In this document: positions 45,188 through 58,485 of the stretch, one piece after another | Layout: every line of letters starts with the position of its first letter | How positions within the stretch are numbered: the first letter of the stretch is position 1 | DNA from: Amoebidium appalachense | Lineage: Eukaryota; Protista; Ichthyosporea | NCBI GenBank assembly: GCA_963693365.1 | Contig: CAVNZM010000002.1 | Coordinates: 9,831,059-9,895,058 of the forward strand | Direction: 5' to 3' | DNA: 64,000 nt | Program-made: the position numbers and the translations under genes | The notes under the pieces: generated by a model | Databases searched by the model: none | What the model saw: only the letters and a program-made list of their open reading frames with translations | Told to the model about the DNA's origin: nothing

Positions 45188-46459
45188 ATGGGGTTATCCA
45201 TAGACATTTCCTCTGACCCACCCCAGGGAAAGGCCGCCCCAAAAAAGACTGCCGTCATAGGAGTATGCAGAGTTCCTTCCTTGGTTCTCATCCTTCTATT
45301 GACCGTCCTAACGGTGCTCTTTCTTGTTGCTGTCACCCGTGATTCATCCCTCAACATAACCACAACTTTTGTAAAATTGGACCGCAACGCTTCGCTTCAA
45401 GCACCCCAAAACACACCACATGAGCCACGCCTACAGGCCAACAGCCTCTCCCTTTCTCCGTTTCACAACTCCATCTCACAGCAAGTTAACCCAGAGGGAC
45501 CCAAGACCAAAACGAGCACCACACCGGAGTTCGAAACGGAGCTTTCAAGTGTCGAAAAAAAGAAAAAGGCAAACGACGAGAATTCAGTGCAAGAACCACC
45601 AGCGAAGGGTTTCACGTCAGACCAAAACCAAGGAGGCCCCCAAGCAAAACGAGAAGAAACGAGGCCCTTTGTCAACCTCATCCTCACCTACCGTGACCGT
45701 ATTCCCCGCCTGTCACGAATGCTGTTCCGCTTGGAGCGCATCAGTGAAGATTACGGTGACCACTCCTTCCGTGTGGTGGTTGCGGAGTATAATGCACCTG
45801 CAGAAAAACCGCTTGTAACAAAGACAATTCTTCGTAGTTGGACACACGAAACAGGGATAGAAACTGTATACGTTCCCGTGGCTGGTTCACCAGGTGACAC
45901 CGAGGCTTCATTTAGCAGGGCAGGGTCGATGTTAGCCGGTGTGGGCATGGTTGAGAACGAAAACGACATTCTATTTTTCTGTGATGTCGACATGTATCTA
46001 CCACTTGATATCTTCGACACAATCCGCACAAGAACGGTGAAGGGGAAGGCCTTTTACGCACCTATATGCTTCTCTTTTACACAACCCAAGATCCCTGGTC
46101 ACGACCTGTATCTCCGATTTGGAGCAAAGCGCCAACCGCCAAAACGCACAAAAGAGTCCGGTAGGCATGTTGGTGATAATGTTCCTGTGGGGGTAGATTC
46201 TCATATAGGGTGGTGGAGAAGTTCTGGGTGGGGCAATCTGGCTGTATACAAATCCGACTGGGACAGTTTGCCTGCTGACGGGATATTCCGTAGATATGCG
46301 CAAAAGAGAACGTGGGGAGACGAAGACCGAGCTTTGGTGGTTGATCTGTATAAGGCAGGAATAATGGGGGTGCGGGAACCACTTTCTGGGTTCTATCATT
46401 TGTGGCATCCCACGGCACCATGGTTTGCTGTTGTCGAGAGCACAAAAAAGAAAGTTTAA
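45188..46459 (+). CDS. Type II membrane glycosyltransferase, chondroitin GalNAc-transferase/GT7-like
   Basis: N-terminal TM anchor and stem, then FSRAG, ILFFCDVD (DxD), FYAPICFS, GWWRSSGWG...YKSDW, WGDED and FYHLWHP motifs; single ORF. Confidence 0.85.
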   Translation: MGLSIDISSDPPQGKAAPKKTAVIGVCRVPSLVLILLLTVLTVLFLVAVTRDSSLNITTTFVKLDRNASLQAPQNTPHEPRLQANSLSLSPFHNSISQQVNPEGPKTKTSTTPEFETELSSVEKKKKANDENSVQEPPAKGFTSDQNQGGPQAKREETRPFVNLILTYRDRIPRLSRMLFRLERISEDYGDHSFRVVVAEYNAPAEKPLVTKTILRSWTHETGIETVYVPVAGSPGDTEASFSRAGSMLAGVGMVENENDILFFCDVDMYLPLDIFDTIRTRTVKGKAFYAPICFSFTQPKIPGHDLYLRFGAKRQPPKRTKESGRHVGDNVPVGVDSHIGWWRSSGWGNLAVYKSDWDSLPADGIFRRYAQKRTWGDEDRALVVDLYKAGIMGVREPLSGFYHLWHPTAPWFAVVESTKKKV

Positions 46460-46533
46460 GGGACATGGCTATCTAATCTGTAGGATAGAAAATGTATTAT
46501 AAATTCGCAAACACACACACACACACACACGCA

Positions 46534-46572
<39 letters not shown>

Positions 46573-47135
46573 ACACATGCACACACATGCACACGCACAT
46601 CATATATATGTATCATAGTAGTAGTAGTAGTTATGTGGGCTGCAGTCGTGTAAATGCGCAGATGTTACCTGCTACTAGTCTATCATAAATGGCTGAAGCC
46701 CATGTAGTATAGAGGACGACTTTGTCTCAAATTTGAACACTCTGACCTCCAGATGAGACCCCCCTCCCCCCTCCCCCCCCCCCCCCCCCCCCCCCTTCCC
46801 CCCTTGCCCATACGAATCATTCTATATGACCACTAATAACACGGTGTGCAAGTAACCACTAGAAAGGTCACAAACTTTACCTGTGGGGGTGGGTGTAGTT
46901 TCAATATGAATAAAAAGACCTTCTTCTTCTTCCTTTCTCTTTTTCCCCCCCTCTTAGTTGTTGTTGGTGTTGTTGTGGGGTGGGGTGGGGTTTTGGAGGG
47001 GGGGGGGGGGGGGGGCTCACATGTAGAAACGACCAGCATTTCAGAAGAGCCTTGAGCTTTAAGGGCTACATAGGGAGGTGAAAGTGAGCGCCTACAGTTG
47101 AACCAGAATTGCGCTTGGCGGGAGGCAAGGATATT

Positions 47136-47176
<41 letters not shown>

Positions 47177-48009
47177 GGAAGAGGGCAGGAAGGGGGGGAG
47201 GCGGGGAGGGGGGATCATTTCGATTGTGATAGGCTGAGCATCGTCCCAGAAAAGCAAAGAGAAGAGCAAACATTGGAGCGAGCTTATGGTGCGTGTATGC
47301 GCGCACACGTGTGTGCCACGCTTGTGTATGTACGTGTGTGTGGCCCGGGAGTTAATAGAGCCGAGCTCATCGAGCGGGGGGAGGGGGGGGGGGAGGGGGG
47401 GAATGAGGACCCAAGACGGGCAGGGGGGTTGAGGATGGGACCTCGGGGGGAAAGAGGGAGGGGAGGAGAGGCTGGGAGGGAAGGCCGGGTAGGTAGGTAG
47501 GGGGAGGCGCCCCCGAGGGGGGGGCGGGGGGAGGGGGGAGGAAGGAGGGGTTGGTTACGACAACTCTCACCTGACTAAGAGGATCTTTGCAATTTGCGCC
47601 TGGGGAGGGGGGGGGGAGGGGGGGGGGTAGGGGGGAAGGGGTAAGGGGAAGGGGGCATGGGAAAGTGAGGAGCGGGGGGGGGGGGGGGGGGGAAGAAAGA
47701 GAGAGAGAGAGAAAGATAGAGAGGGAGAGATTTAGCAGAATGTTGACCGGCTGACAATTGCAACTATGGTCAAAACACCCCTGGGCAATGTGAAACCATC
47801 GTGGGGGTTAGCATCTGGGCCCGGTTATAATTACTGGGAGATTGAGTGCCACTAGTACAGACACTCTGGGATCCGTGTGGTGTACAATAATAAGCTAGTG
47901 TAGATGATTGGTGGGGCAGGGAGGTTGTGGTGGTTTTGTCCTTGAGCTGGCAGGGGCAGGAGAAAGAGGGGGAAGGGGGTTGTGTGTGCGCGTGCGCATG
48001 TGTGTTCGT

Positions 48010-48043
<34 letters not shown>

Positions 48044-48742
48044 GGGGGGAGGGGATCCGGAGGGGTGCGTGTGTGCGTTTGTGCGTGCACGCGGGTGTAT
48101 GTGTGTGTGCATGTGTAGTTGTTCTCATTTTCTCAATCTTTACCCTTGTATTTGCTCTCCCAAACAACCACCCCTCCCCCCCCCCCCTCCCCCCTCTCCC
48201 CTCTCCCCACCCCCCCCCCCCCCCCCCCTTTCACCCGGCATCCATGCCATCATTGCCGGTTTTCATTCGCACCAAAGGAACCAACATGCATCACGTTATT
48301 CCCCCCTTCCCCTCCCTCCTCTTCCTCCCCTCCCTCGTCCCCTTGAAACCCACCCCACCCCCCTTCCCCCGCTCACATTCCTCTTCCCCTTCTCAGTCCT
48401 TACTCCTAACCCATAGGAATCTTTATGATCATGCCTCCCCCAGACATGTGAGAGAAAACTTTTATGTGATCGGTCCTATCGAGTATACTGTCTTCTGTAG
48501 TGTCAAAACTAGTGAGCTAGCTTACTTTAGTCCTGCAACCAGCCTCTCTTACAAGGTGTGTATGGGGCCCGTGCGGGGGGGGGGGGGGGGGGGGGGGAGG
48601 GGGGGGAAGGGGGGGAGGAGGGGGAGGAGGGGGAGAGGGGAAGAGGGGGGTTTAGAGTGGGGGGGTGGGAGGGAGGGGAAGCAGAGAGGGGGCGGGGGGG
48701 GGGGGTTGAAGGAGGAGGGAGGAAACTGTGTATGTGTGTGCT

Positions 48743-48780
<38 letters not shown>

Positions 48781-49759
48781 GGGGGGGGCGGGAAGGGTTT
48801 CAACCCAACACCTGTGCAGTCATGTGCAAGTTCTGGACCAGCCTGTGCACAGGCACGCAAAGAGGTTAGGAAGGGGACTCTTAAAGACTATGCAAGCGCT
48901 TCTTGTTTGGCCACCTTATATGACAAATCATTAATAAGGTAATCGCCAAGTGCAGGCAGACCTATATTACTGAGCGCTCGAGGTTTGGCTTGAAGAAGTT
49001 CACACATACTCAAGTTGATATAGCGTACTCGAAGACAGCATACTTGACCCAAAAAGGCAATATAGGCCTTTTTGCGGCTAAACAAAAGTGGGCAATGAAG
49101 CAAGCAGCAGAATTGCGGCAATGCACGTGCACGTACACACAGCTGACACACCGCATGCATGCCCACACATGCCGGCATGTTGGGACCGTAGTCACCTTAC
49201 ACGAGCGCCCACGAATATTGAGTGACAAATGCACACACACGTCATAGTATACCGTACAGATTAGGTTCAATAGGCCATTTTACATACACATCATGACATT
49301 CTTCCCATGTCCGACGATATGCGTGAAACAGCGATGCTCAAAGTGAGTGGTTGTGATGCAAGTGAACATGGCAATCTAGTCGTGCAAGCCTGAATGTAAC
49401 TACAATAACAGGCAGACACCAACTGCATGTGGCTATATGCGGCAATATGGGGCAACCAATAAGAAGCAGGCAATGTACATCCATGCTGCCATCTCATTGG
49501 TTTGGAGAGGTGCGCCTCAAGTGTATGTATCGTAAATGAATCCGAGTTGCCATGCATATACACAAGCCCAGCATTCCACCAGGCGGGAACATTCTCAGAT
49601 CCACACTGCAATGGCGCAATAATGCAGTTACTGGAAAGAGAGATTGCACGGTGCCACGATAACCAAATTGTTAGGATTCAGACTGAGTGTCTCAGCCTCA
49701 ACTGCCTGCAATATGGACATCACCCTGCGGCGCGCCCATTGGTGTCTTTGTTTGTTTGT

Positions 49760-49807
<48 letters not shown>

Positions 49808-51419
49808 ACGCGCTCGTGCGTACATGTGTGTGTGCGTGTGTGTGTGCGTATGTGCGTGTGTGTGTGTGTGTGCGCGCGCCAGGGTGTGTGTGCGCGCCCT
49901 AACAGTGTGTGAGCTTCAAGGAGCTTACAAACTTTTTGTATCGTAATACACGTGTGTTTGTTTGTGCGTGGTGAGGGGGGAGGGCGGTCCATGAGGCTAG
50001 GAGGGGGTGGTGGTGGTTGGGGGCCCTGGGTGGGGAGGGGGGGGGTGGGGAAGGCGGCGCGGACGGGGGGGGGGGGGGGGGGAGGGGAGGGGGGCCCGGG
50101 GAGGGGAGGGTTGGTGTGGTGGGGGGAGGGAGGGTGGGGGGGGGGGGGGAGCACAATTCAAATTTTATGCAGCCTAGCCTGCAAGGCCTAGTACATGTAC
50201 ATGCATGCGTGTGTCATGCTTCAGTGCACATATAATTATGTGTGTGCGTGTACTATGTACTTGCTTCATAAGGTGTGTTTTGTTTTTGGTGTTGGTGAGT
50301 CACTAAAATAAATCAATAAAGAAAGTAGGAATATGCATATTAGGCTTATACTATGCATATGCAGACACCTCAAAACGCACGCTAAAAGCTACATAGCTTG
50401 AAGAGACTTCATGGAGGGCCGGGGGAGTTTGAGGGAGAGAGTCTGATGCCATTTCTCCCAGATGACATTCGGGAGAGAGACAAGATGCCGGATCTCTCCC
50501 TCATGCCATCCATCTCTCTCATCTCTCCCTCTCATTCAACAGTGGATGGCGATATCCCAAAACGTTGAAGATTCGATATTGAAGCAGAAAGAAAGGGAAA
50601 CGACTCAAAAAGCAGCCAAAATAAACCTTAGGTTCACCAGAAAACGTCCAAAAAGTTAAGATAAGTTTCAATAATGTGTGTAACATAAGAGAATCTTGTC
50701 AATCATGAAGAAGCGGAGTCGGCGAAGCTTCGACATCTCAGTATTCGAGTCCGGCAAGCCGCGGTTTGAGTCCGTCCGTGAGTCCGCGAGTCCGTGAGTC
50801 CGCCCCTAAACGGGGCAGAACGATTGGCAGAGATTAAATAGCCTTATATGGTAACTAATAACTAACGAGCATGTAATGCCGCGGACGTGGGAGGGGGGCA
50901 AAACTATTGGTGATCGTGTTTCATATTATTGCTTAAAAAATCTTCATATGGTAACCATGGTGATCGTGTTTCGTGTTTGCCAGAAGATTCGGGATTTTCT
51001 GGAAGTCTGATGTGTCGAGCGGTCCGGTAGGGCGTGCTATTACAGTGCCTCCGCGATATTGTCACACCTTAAAACTGTTAAAACATAGAACATACCAAGA
51101 TGTGACAGTATTGTACAGGTCTAGGGGACACTATATATAAGGGGATTTTAGGGGGATTTTAAAGTGCAATGAATTCGGGTCGGGTCGTCAAAAATAGTGA
51201 CGATATCAAGAGATGAACATGTGGGGGTGTGATGATACCGCGGAAGCACTGTACTAATTGCAGTCAATCGATGCGGTAGGCTGCGGTTTGAGTCTGTGCG
51301 CTTCCGGCACAGGCCACCGTTTAAAACAATGTTTTAGTATATTGCAGTCCGGCAGGGTGCGATTTGTAGAGCCTGAGAGAGCCGCCCTAACTGTAGTATC
51401 TGAAAGGGTAGAAATAAGT

Positions 51420-52080
<661 letters not shown>

Positions 52081-52894
52081 GAGTCATGCAGTTAGGGGGA
52101 AAAAAAAAAAAAAAAAAAAAAAAAAAAACATGCACACATGCACCTCCTCCCTCTCACATGCTGGCACTCAAATCTCTCACACTCAAGCCCTCCACCTCCG
52201 CTTCTTCATGATTAAGGCAAAGCCCGGCAGGGCGTGCCGTTACTAGTACTCTTATTAAATTTGATTCAACGACTATTTGATTTGATTGGTTTACAAAGGT
52301 TAGATCCAAGCTTTTGGTTGGAAGACGCGGAGGACGGAAAAGCACGATTGATTGGTCGAGAGACGTTTTCGTGACGTCATTACGCGGACCAGATGTAATG
52401 ACTCTGATTGGATAAATCGGTACCAAATTTGCATCACCATAAACAACGAAAACTAATCGCCACAATGGTTGTATCTCGTCCGTACTGTAAGCTTGTATCC
52501 ACGCTCATTCAACAGTTGAGGTTGGGTTCACGGGCACACCAAAAAGAATTGGAGGCTACTGTAAAGCTAGAAGACATTATGTTGGTCAGTCAACGCCTGC
52601 AAGGTTTGATCCCGGGTATCATGGCAACTACTCAATGGCTCACGAGATATAAAGCGCAATCAACCAATGATAACATTCACTGAGCATATTTTTGATGTTC
52701 CTATCAAATATTTTGCATCTATCCACCCCGTTTTTGCTCTCGGGGGAACGTAGCCGCTCCTCGTGGCCAGCTGTGCGCGCGTTCGCCCACCTACCCCTCC
52801 TCTTTCTCGCTTCAATTTTTGGTGTTTTTCTTTTCCCATCCACATCCATCCACATCAATCCTTCAGCATCTGGCTGTATCGATCATCAGACACA

Positions 52895-55435
52895 ATGGCT
52901 GCCGTTGAGTATGTGTTCCAGCTTCCCTCCCCTTTTTGTGTCTTTCATAAACACGATGATGGAACAAGATGGACGGGCCTAGCTGTTCTGGAAGACGTAC
53001 CTCAGATAATGGGAAAGATACTTCTCTGACGATGCTGGACGAAGACGTACCTCAGATAATGGGAAAGATACTTCTCTGACGATGCCGGACGAGATTACCA
53101 TGTTGATTTAGAGCGGTCAGATGGAACTCAAGAAATTTTGCAAGCAAGCAATAGACCGTGTAGGCCTTTTGAAAGCCGCTCCATTCATCACGCTGGCGAC
53201 AGTTGCCAACAATTTTTTTTCCTTGGTGTTTGCTGTCTGTCTTTGAACCAACTCTGCAACAGATTCCTGATGTGACTACTCAGGTCCAACGACCTGGCAA
53301 GTCATTATTGTATCTACACACTATAATTATAAGGTGGCATTACAGAGCGTACATTGGAAACAGGAAGCCTCAGTCTTTTGCCTGGAGGCCTGGATCTGTT
53401 TCATGCAAATTTGAAATTAATTCCTGCATGTTTCTGTGCAGGGAAATTAAGGCTGAGACCGTCCCTGATGTTGAGGTCAAGGACGGCAGCGAGGACGACT
53501 CTGACGATGACCTGCCCGAGCTGGAGAACGCTGAGGGCGCCAAGGCTGGGGATGACTCTAAGAACCCCAGCCGCCTGGAGAAGAAGGTGTGTAATGGAGA
53601 CCAAAAAAACGGGTGACTAGCCTTGAGGGAAACCAAGGACCTGCATAGGGACCTTATGGATTCGTTCTTGTTTTAAACGACTTCTGGCTGTTAGCTTGGT
53701 GGTTTTTAGAGCTTTTATAACCCATTCTGCTGGGCTGGGCATGTTTTTAGTGTGTTCCACTCGCCATGTATGCAGACCGACCCAACATTTACTTTTGACA
53801 GCAACTGCAGCTCAAGTGTTGGAAGGATGTACCCAGCGCGGTTAAAGTAGCAGCCCGCCAGTTGGACAACCAAGGCTAGAACAATAATAAATTGTTCTCC
53901 GCAGGCCCGCAAGGCCCTCTTGAAGATGGGTCTGGTCCCCCAGGCCGGCTTCTCACGTGTCACCATGAAGAAGGCCCCTGGCGTAAGTGCTTCTGTTTGA
54001 CTTTTTGCTTGTTTTTTTTTGTTTGTTTGCATAGCTGCTCAAGGTATCCTTCTCATGCGGCGAGTCTCTTCTTGCTTGTTTGTGTTTGCCTACTTTCTGT
54101 TGTCCAGTCCCATTCCTTGTCACCTAAGCTTGAACCTGCCAATCTCTCTCACGCCAGCATGGTCATATTGTGGGAGTGAGCGTGGATGGGGGCCAAGGGG
54201 GAAGGGGGGAGGGGGGCGTTTAAAGGGGTCGAAGTTCATAGCTCATAGTTTATACGGTTAACACTGCTCTAGCCTGTGGGTTTTGAACTCTTGACTCTGA
54301 ACCATTTTCTATGGATGTGTTGTCCGTTCTTAATGTGTGTTTTAAACTCATTCATGTCCGCCATGAGTGGACATGTCGTACTCTGGAACATATTCTTTTC
54401 TGATCTCCCCCCCACCCCTCCCCCCTCCACCTTCCCCCCCGTCGGTGTTGTTCGTCGATGTCTACTCGCACTCTACAACACTGTTTCCCCCCCCTCCCCT
54501 CCCCCCCAAAACTCTCATGGCATGCCTTCTCACATCTCCCCGGTGTCTCCCCCAACAGATCCTCTTCGTGGTTGCCCAGCCCGAGGTTTACCGTGCACCG
54601 GGCACAGACATGTGGGTCGTGTTTGGCGACTACAAGATTGAAGACATGCAGGCACAGGCACAGGCACAGTACGCTCAGCAGCTGCGCCTTATCCAGGAGG
54701 CTGCTAGCAAGGCGGAATCCGAGGCGAAAGCCGTGGAGGGTGTGGAGGGAGAGAAGAAGGAGGATGGTGCGGATGAGGAGATGGCGGACGAGACGGGCCT
54801 GGAGGCGAAGGATATTGAGCTGGTGACCAGCCAGGCCAATGTGAGCCGCGCTAAGGCTGTCAAGGCCCTTAGGAACAATAATGGCGACGTAGTCAACGCT
54901 ATCATGGTAAGTGTGTGGTTTTACGTTTTATGCCCTTCGGTGTGTGCTTTGGGTGTTGGAGTGTTTCCTTTTGCGGTGAGGGTGTGTTAAAAGGGAGGGT
55001 GGGGAGGGGGAGGGGTGTGTGAGGAGGGTGGGGGTTGGGGAGAAGGGGTGGAATGTGTGGAAGGGATGAAGGTGGTGTGTGTGTGTGCTTGTGGGAGAGG
55101 GATGGTGGGGGAAAGGGGTCATGGGTGGGCGAGTTGGATATGCTAGAGCCAGTGGCTGCTTGTTTGTAGGCGAAGCTCAGACTAGCCCATGGTGTGTGTG
55201 TGGGGGGGGGGGGGGGGGGGGGGGGGGTTTCAAGGATTTCGTGTTGGTGCCTATGCATGTAGGTTGTTACACACGTTTACGATGTGTGATGGACAAGGGT
55301 GCGTCATCGCATTTGAACGCCGGGCGGGGGGCGGAGGGAGGGGGGGGGGGAAGAGGGATGTGGGCGGGAAAGGAAACAGATAAACACCTTCTAACACATT
55401 TCCCTTTTTTTCTCCCACAGGAGTTGACGATGTAA
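52895..55435 (+). CDS. NACA: Nascent polypeptide-associated complex subunit alpha; exons 52895-52908, 53442-53586, 53905-53982, 54559-54906, 55421-55435
   Basis: GT-AG introns join in frame: MAAVEEIK...SRLEKKARKALLKMGL...ILFVVAQPEVY...VFGDYKIED...[36 protein letters not shown]. Confidence 0.95.
52991..53090 (+). repeat. Tandem duplication, 2 x 50 bp, in NACA intron 1
   Basis: GAAGACGTACCTCAGATAATGGGAAAGATACTTCTCTGACGATGCYGGAC twice. Confidence 0.9.
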
Positions 55436-56022
55436 ACGTCTGCTTATTATGCAATTAGATTATGAAGGTAACGGCAAGGGAGGAGAGGCAAACAATCCAA
55501 CCCGGGTCTCTCTCTCTCTCTCTCTCTCTTTTTTTGTGAAGGCGGAATCATTGTCTGATTGTGTCGTGCTGGGAAGACGGCGACATGTTTTTTAAGATGT
55601 ATAGTGACCGTAAGTTTGGACGCCATATGTTCATGTGAGCGTGGACTCTTTGTGGCTGACTGTTTGCCCACACACACGTTTTGAATAAATGCCCCCACTT
55701 CATGAACTTTCTTCTTGATGATGGACTTGCTCTGGCCAACACAACATGTGCACGGGGTGAATTTTTATGTGACAGTCGTAGTTGTCCACCCACGACACTT
55801 TTGTCTGTGTAGCTGTTTGGCATGGGGGTGTGGGGTGCTCTATCTGTGGCTGTGATTGCAGGACTGATTTGGAGAAGTGAAATTCATCAGCGTAGTGGGT
55901 GTGCGTGTGTGTGTGTGTGTGTGGTGTTTGAGTAGAGGGTAGTTAGTGGTGTGTTTGGTCTCGCTTAGTGATGGGTGCCCCCTACGTGTTGGCGTGCGTG
56001 CGTGCGTGTCTCAGACTGGTGG

Positions 56023-56067
<45 letters not shown>

Positions 56068-56519
56068 CTGGTGGTGACGTGTATGTGTGGTTGTGTGTGT
56101 TCGTTGGTGGCGATCTGTGTGTGTGCGTGCATGCAGTCATGTGTGTGTGTGTGTTGGGGGAGGGGGGGGGGGGGGAGGCATCTGCATGCAGGATTACCAC
56201 TATGCTAGCATGAGGCTGCTGCGGATGAGCATATACAACCACCACATCCAGTGTGGCATGGGTTTTATTTGAGCCGTCCGTTCATGTCCTTAACTACACT
56301 ACATACACAGACACTGAAACTAATATTAGATGCAAAATAATCGAGATTGTTTAGGCCTTTGTGATGATATTCCTACTTTTTTTATTGTTTTATTGGCGCA
56401 TTGCGACCCAGCAGATGGTGCAAGCTTTACGTCCTAAATTTGGTATATGTACACGGTTCTTCTGCACCAGCAGCAGATTGCTCATTGATACCAACGGCCT
56501 TGATCTTCAAAAGGAGGGG

Positions 56520-56790
56520 AGGAAAAAATGGAAGGAAAATTGAAAGGGGGTTGTGCCGCGAGTGCATGTACTACACTATTCTGCACCGGATTGCACATGT
56601 GCATTCATACTAACGGCCAAAATTTCAAAAAAAAATTCAAAAGGAGTAGGAAAAAAAGGGGAAGGAAGGATGAATGTGGGGTTTTTGCTTGAGTGTATGT
56701 ACACAATTCTGCACCGGATCGCCCATGTGCATTCATAACAACGGTCAAAAATTTCAATAAATTCTGTAAAGGAGGGAAGAGAAAAAAGGG
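56520..56790. repeat. Diverged tandem duplication of about 130 bp
   Basis: Shared core ATTCTGCACCGGAT(T/C)GC(A/C)CATGTGCATTCATA...AACGG(C/T)CAAAA. Confidence 0.75.
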
Positions 56791-57196
56791 GAAGGAAGGG
56801 TGGGACTGGGGTTTTGCCTTGAGGCCCCATTATGGACGGTTAAAGACTTTCGTTCTCAGTCTCCATGCCCATGTGCTCGAACTCTGTGCCTTCCTCTTCC
56901 CTGGGTGATGTGTACGTGTGTGTGGGTACATGCGTGCGCATGGATGTTTGTACATACATACGTGTGTGTGTGTGTGTGTGGTTGATCCGACAGTGTGGGT
57001 GCCACGCGCATATCACGTCGGAGCAAGTGTGTACCGCAGGTGGACGGGTGGTGGTAGTTGTGGTGGTGCGGGAAGTCGAGGGAGGGAGGGAGAGTTGGGG
57101 GGGGGGGGGGGGGGGGGCTGGTTAGGGGGTGGTTTTTTTTTTTTTTTTTTTTTTTGGGGGGGGGGGGGGGGCTATTAGGTAAGCTTAAGCTACTTA

Positions 57197-57360
57197 GGGC
57201 GTGTTTGGCAGCCGAAAATAATCGGATCGTATCATTTTGCGAAAAGATTAATTGCCGTGTTCATAAAATTATTTTGAGTATGTGTAATTAGGGGTAACAA
57301 TTTACCCGAAAAGACGAATACGATAAAGACACGATATAACTGCGCTGCCAAATAGGGCCC
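57197..57360. mobile_element. PIF/Harbinger (Tourist-like) MITE
   Basis: Imperfect TIRs GGGCGTGTTTGGCAGC and GCTGCCAAATAGGGCCC, flanked by TTA on both sides. Confidence 0.75.
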
Positions 57361-57404
57361 TTAATATAGTAAGGGTGGTGTGCATATGAATGAGCCTAGA
57401 AACC

Positions 57405-57800
57405 ATCACCACATATGTAAGGGCAACAAGTCGAATGAGCCTAAGGCTTCAACAACAAACAACTGTGCATCGACAACCCATTGCCTTGTTGGGACCCCAT
57501 TTCCCCCGAATAAAATTGCCGTCATTCAAACCCCCCCCCCCCCCCCCTCCCCAAAAAAAAAAAAAAAAAAAAAAAAAAAGATACCACAAAGCCCACACTC
57601 ACATACACCTTCTCCCCGACGACGCCATCTCGAGATTTCCCCACTATGCCCTATCTAAAGTTTGCACACGGGCACACACACACACGTGCCATCAAGAGTG
57701 CGGACAGCACACCGATACCTACACCCACACACGTGCACACGATGGCACAAGGCACACACTCTCCCATGGCCACTCATCCCCTACACCCACCATTACCCTC

Positions 57801-57834
<34 letters not shown>

Positions 57835-58115
57835 AACCACCGCCCCCTCCCCCCCCCCTCTTCCTCCCCCCCGGGACTCCGTTGAGCAACTTCACAAACA
57901 CAGCCATCACTTACCCGTCATCAATCTCCCGGTCCATCATACCGTAACCTAAGCCCTCCTCCCTCCTCCTGCCGGGCAGTTTGCTGATCAAATTTCGCCA
58001 CAGGGGTGTCAATGGTACCCCCGTAAATGCCATGGTGAGGGCCAGCGCCGCCAAAACCAGCGGGTAGAACCCCCCCAGGTAGATAATTTCCATGTTGTGC
58101 AGCTCGATGATCCAA

Positions 58116-58147
<32 letters not shown>

Positions 58148-58163
58148 CGTGCATGCGTGTGTG

Positions 58164-58206
<43 letters not shown>

Positions 58207-58485
58207 CTGGTATGTGTGTCTGTGCTTGTGTCCGTGTGGGCATGCGTATTTGCAGCCCCTTTCTCATCTTTTTCTTCCTGGCAATTTTGTATGTGTGAGT
58301 GTGTGTGTGTGTGTGCAGGGGTTTTTTTTTTTTTTTTTTTTTTTTTTTTGGGGGGGGGGGGGGGGTTTGAATGACGGCAATTTTATTCGGGGGAAATGGG
58401 GTCCCAACAAGGCAATGGGTTGTCGATGCACAGTTGTTTGTTGTTGAAGGCTCATTCGACTTGTTGCCCTTACATATGTGGTGAT
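57405..58485. repeat. Inverted repeat pair (about 57405-57579 and 58322-58485) flanking a coding exon
   Basis: About 125 bp of near-identical unique sequence plus C/A runs in opposite orientation. Confidence 0.9.

Noticed and set aside
48890-49730. Possible coding or transposase remnant
   Set aside because: Short ORFs with no recognisable motif or consistent splice pattern.
50843-50852. CArG box CCTTATATGG
   Set aside because: A single short motif in probable transposon debris, not linked to a gene start.
52224-52248. Helitron 3' end (hairpin plus CTAG)
   Set aside because: Only a 5-bp stem, too close to the CTAG, and no 5' end or helicase found.
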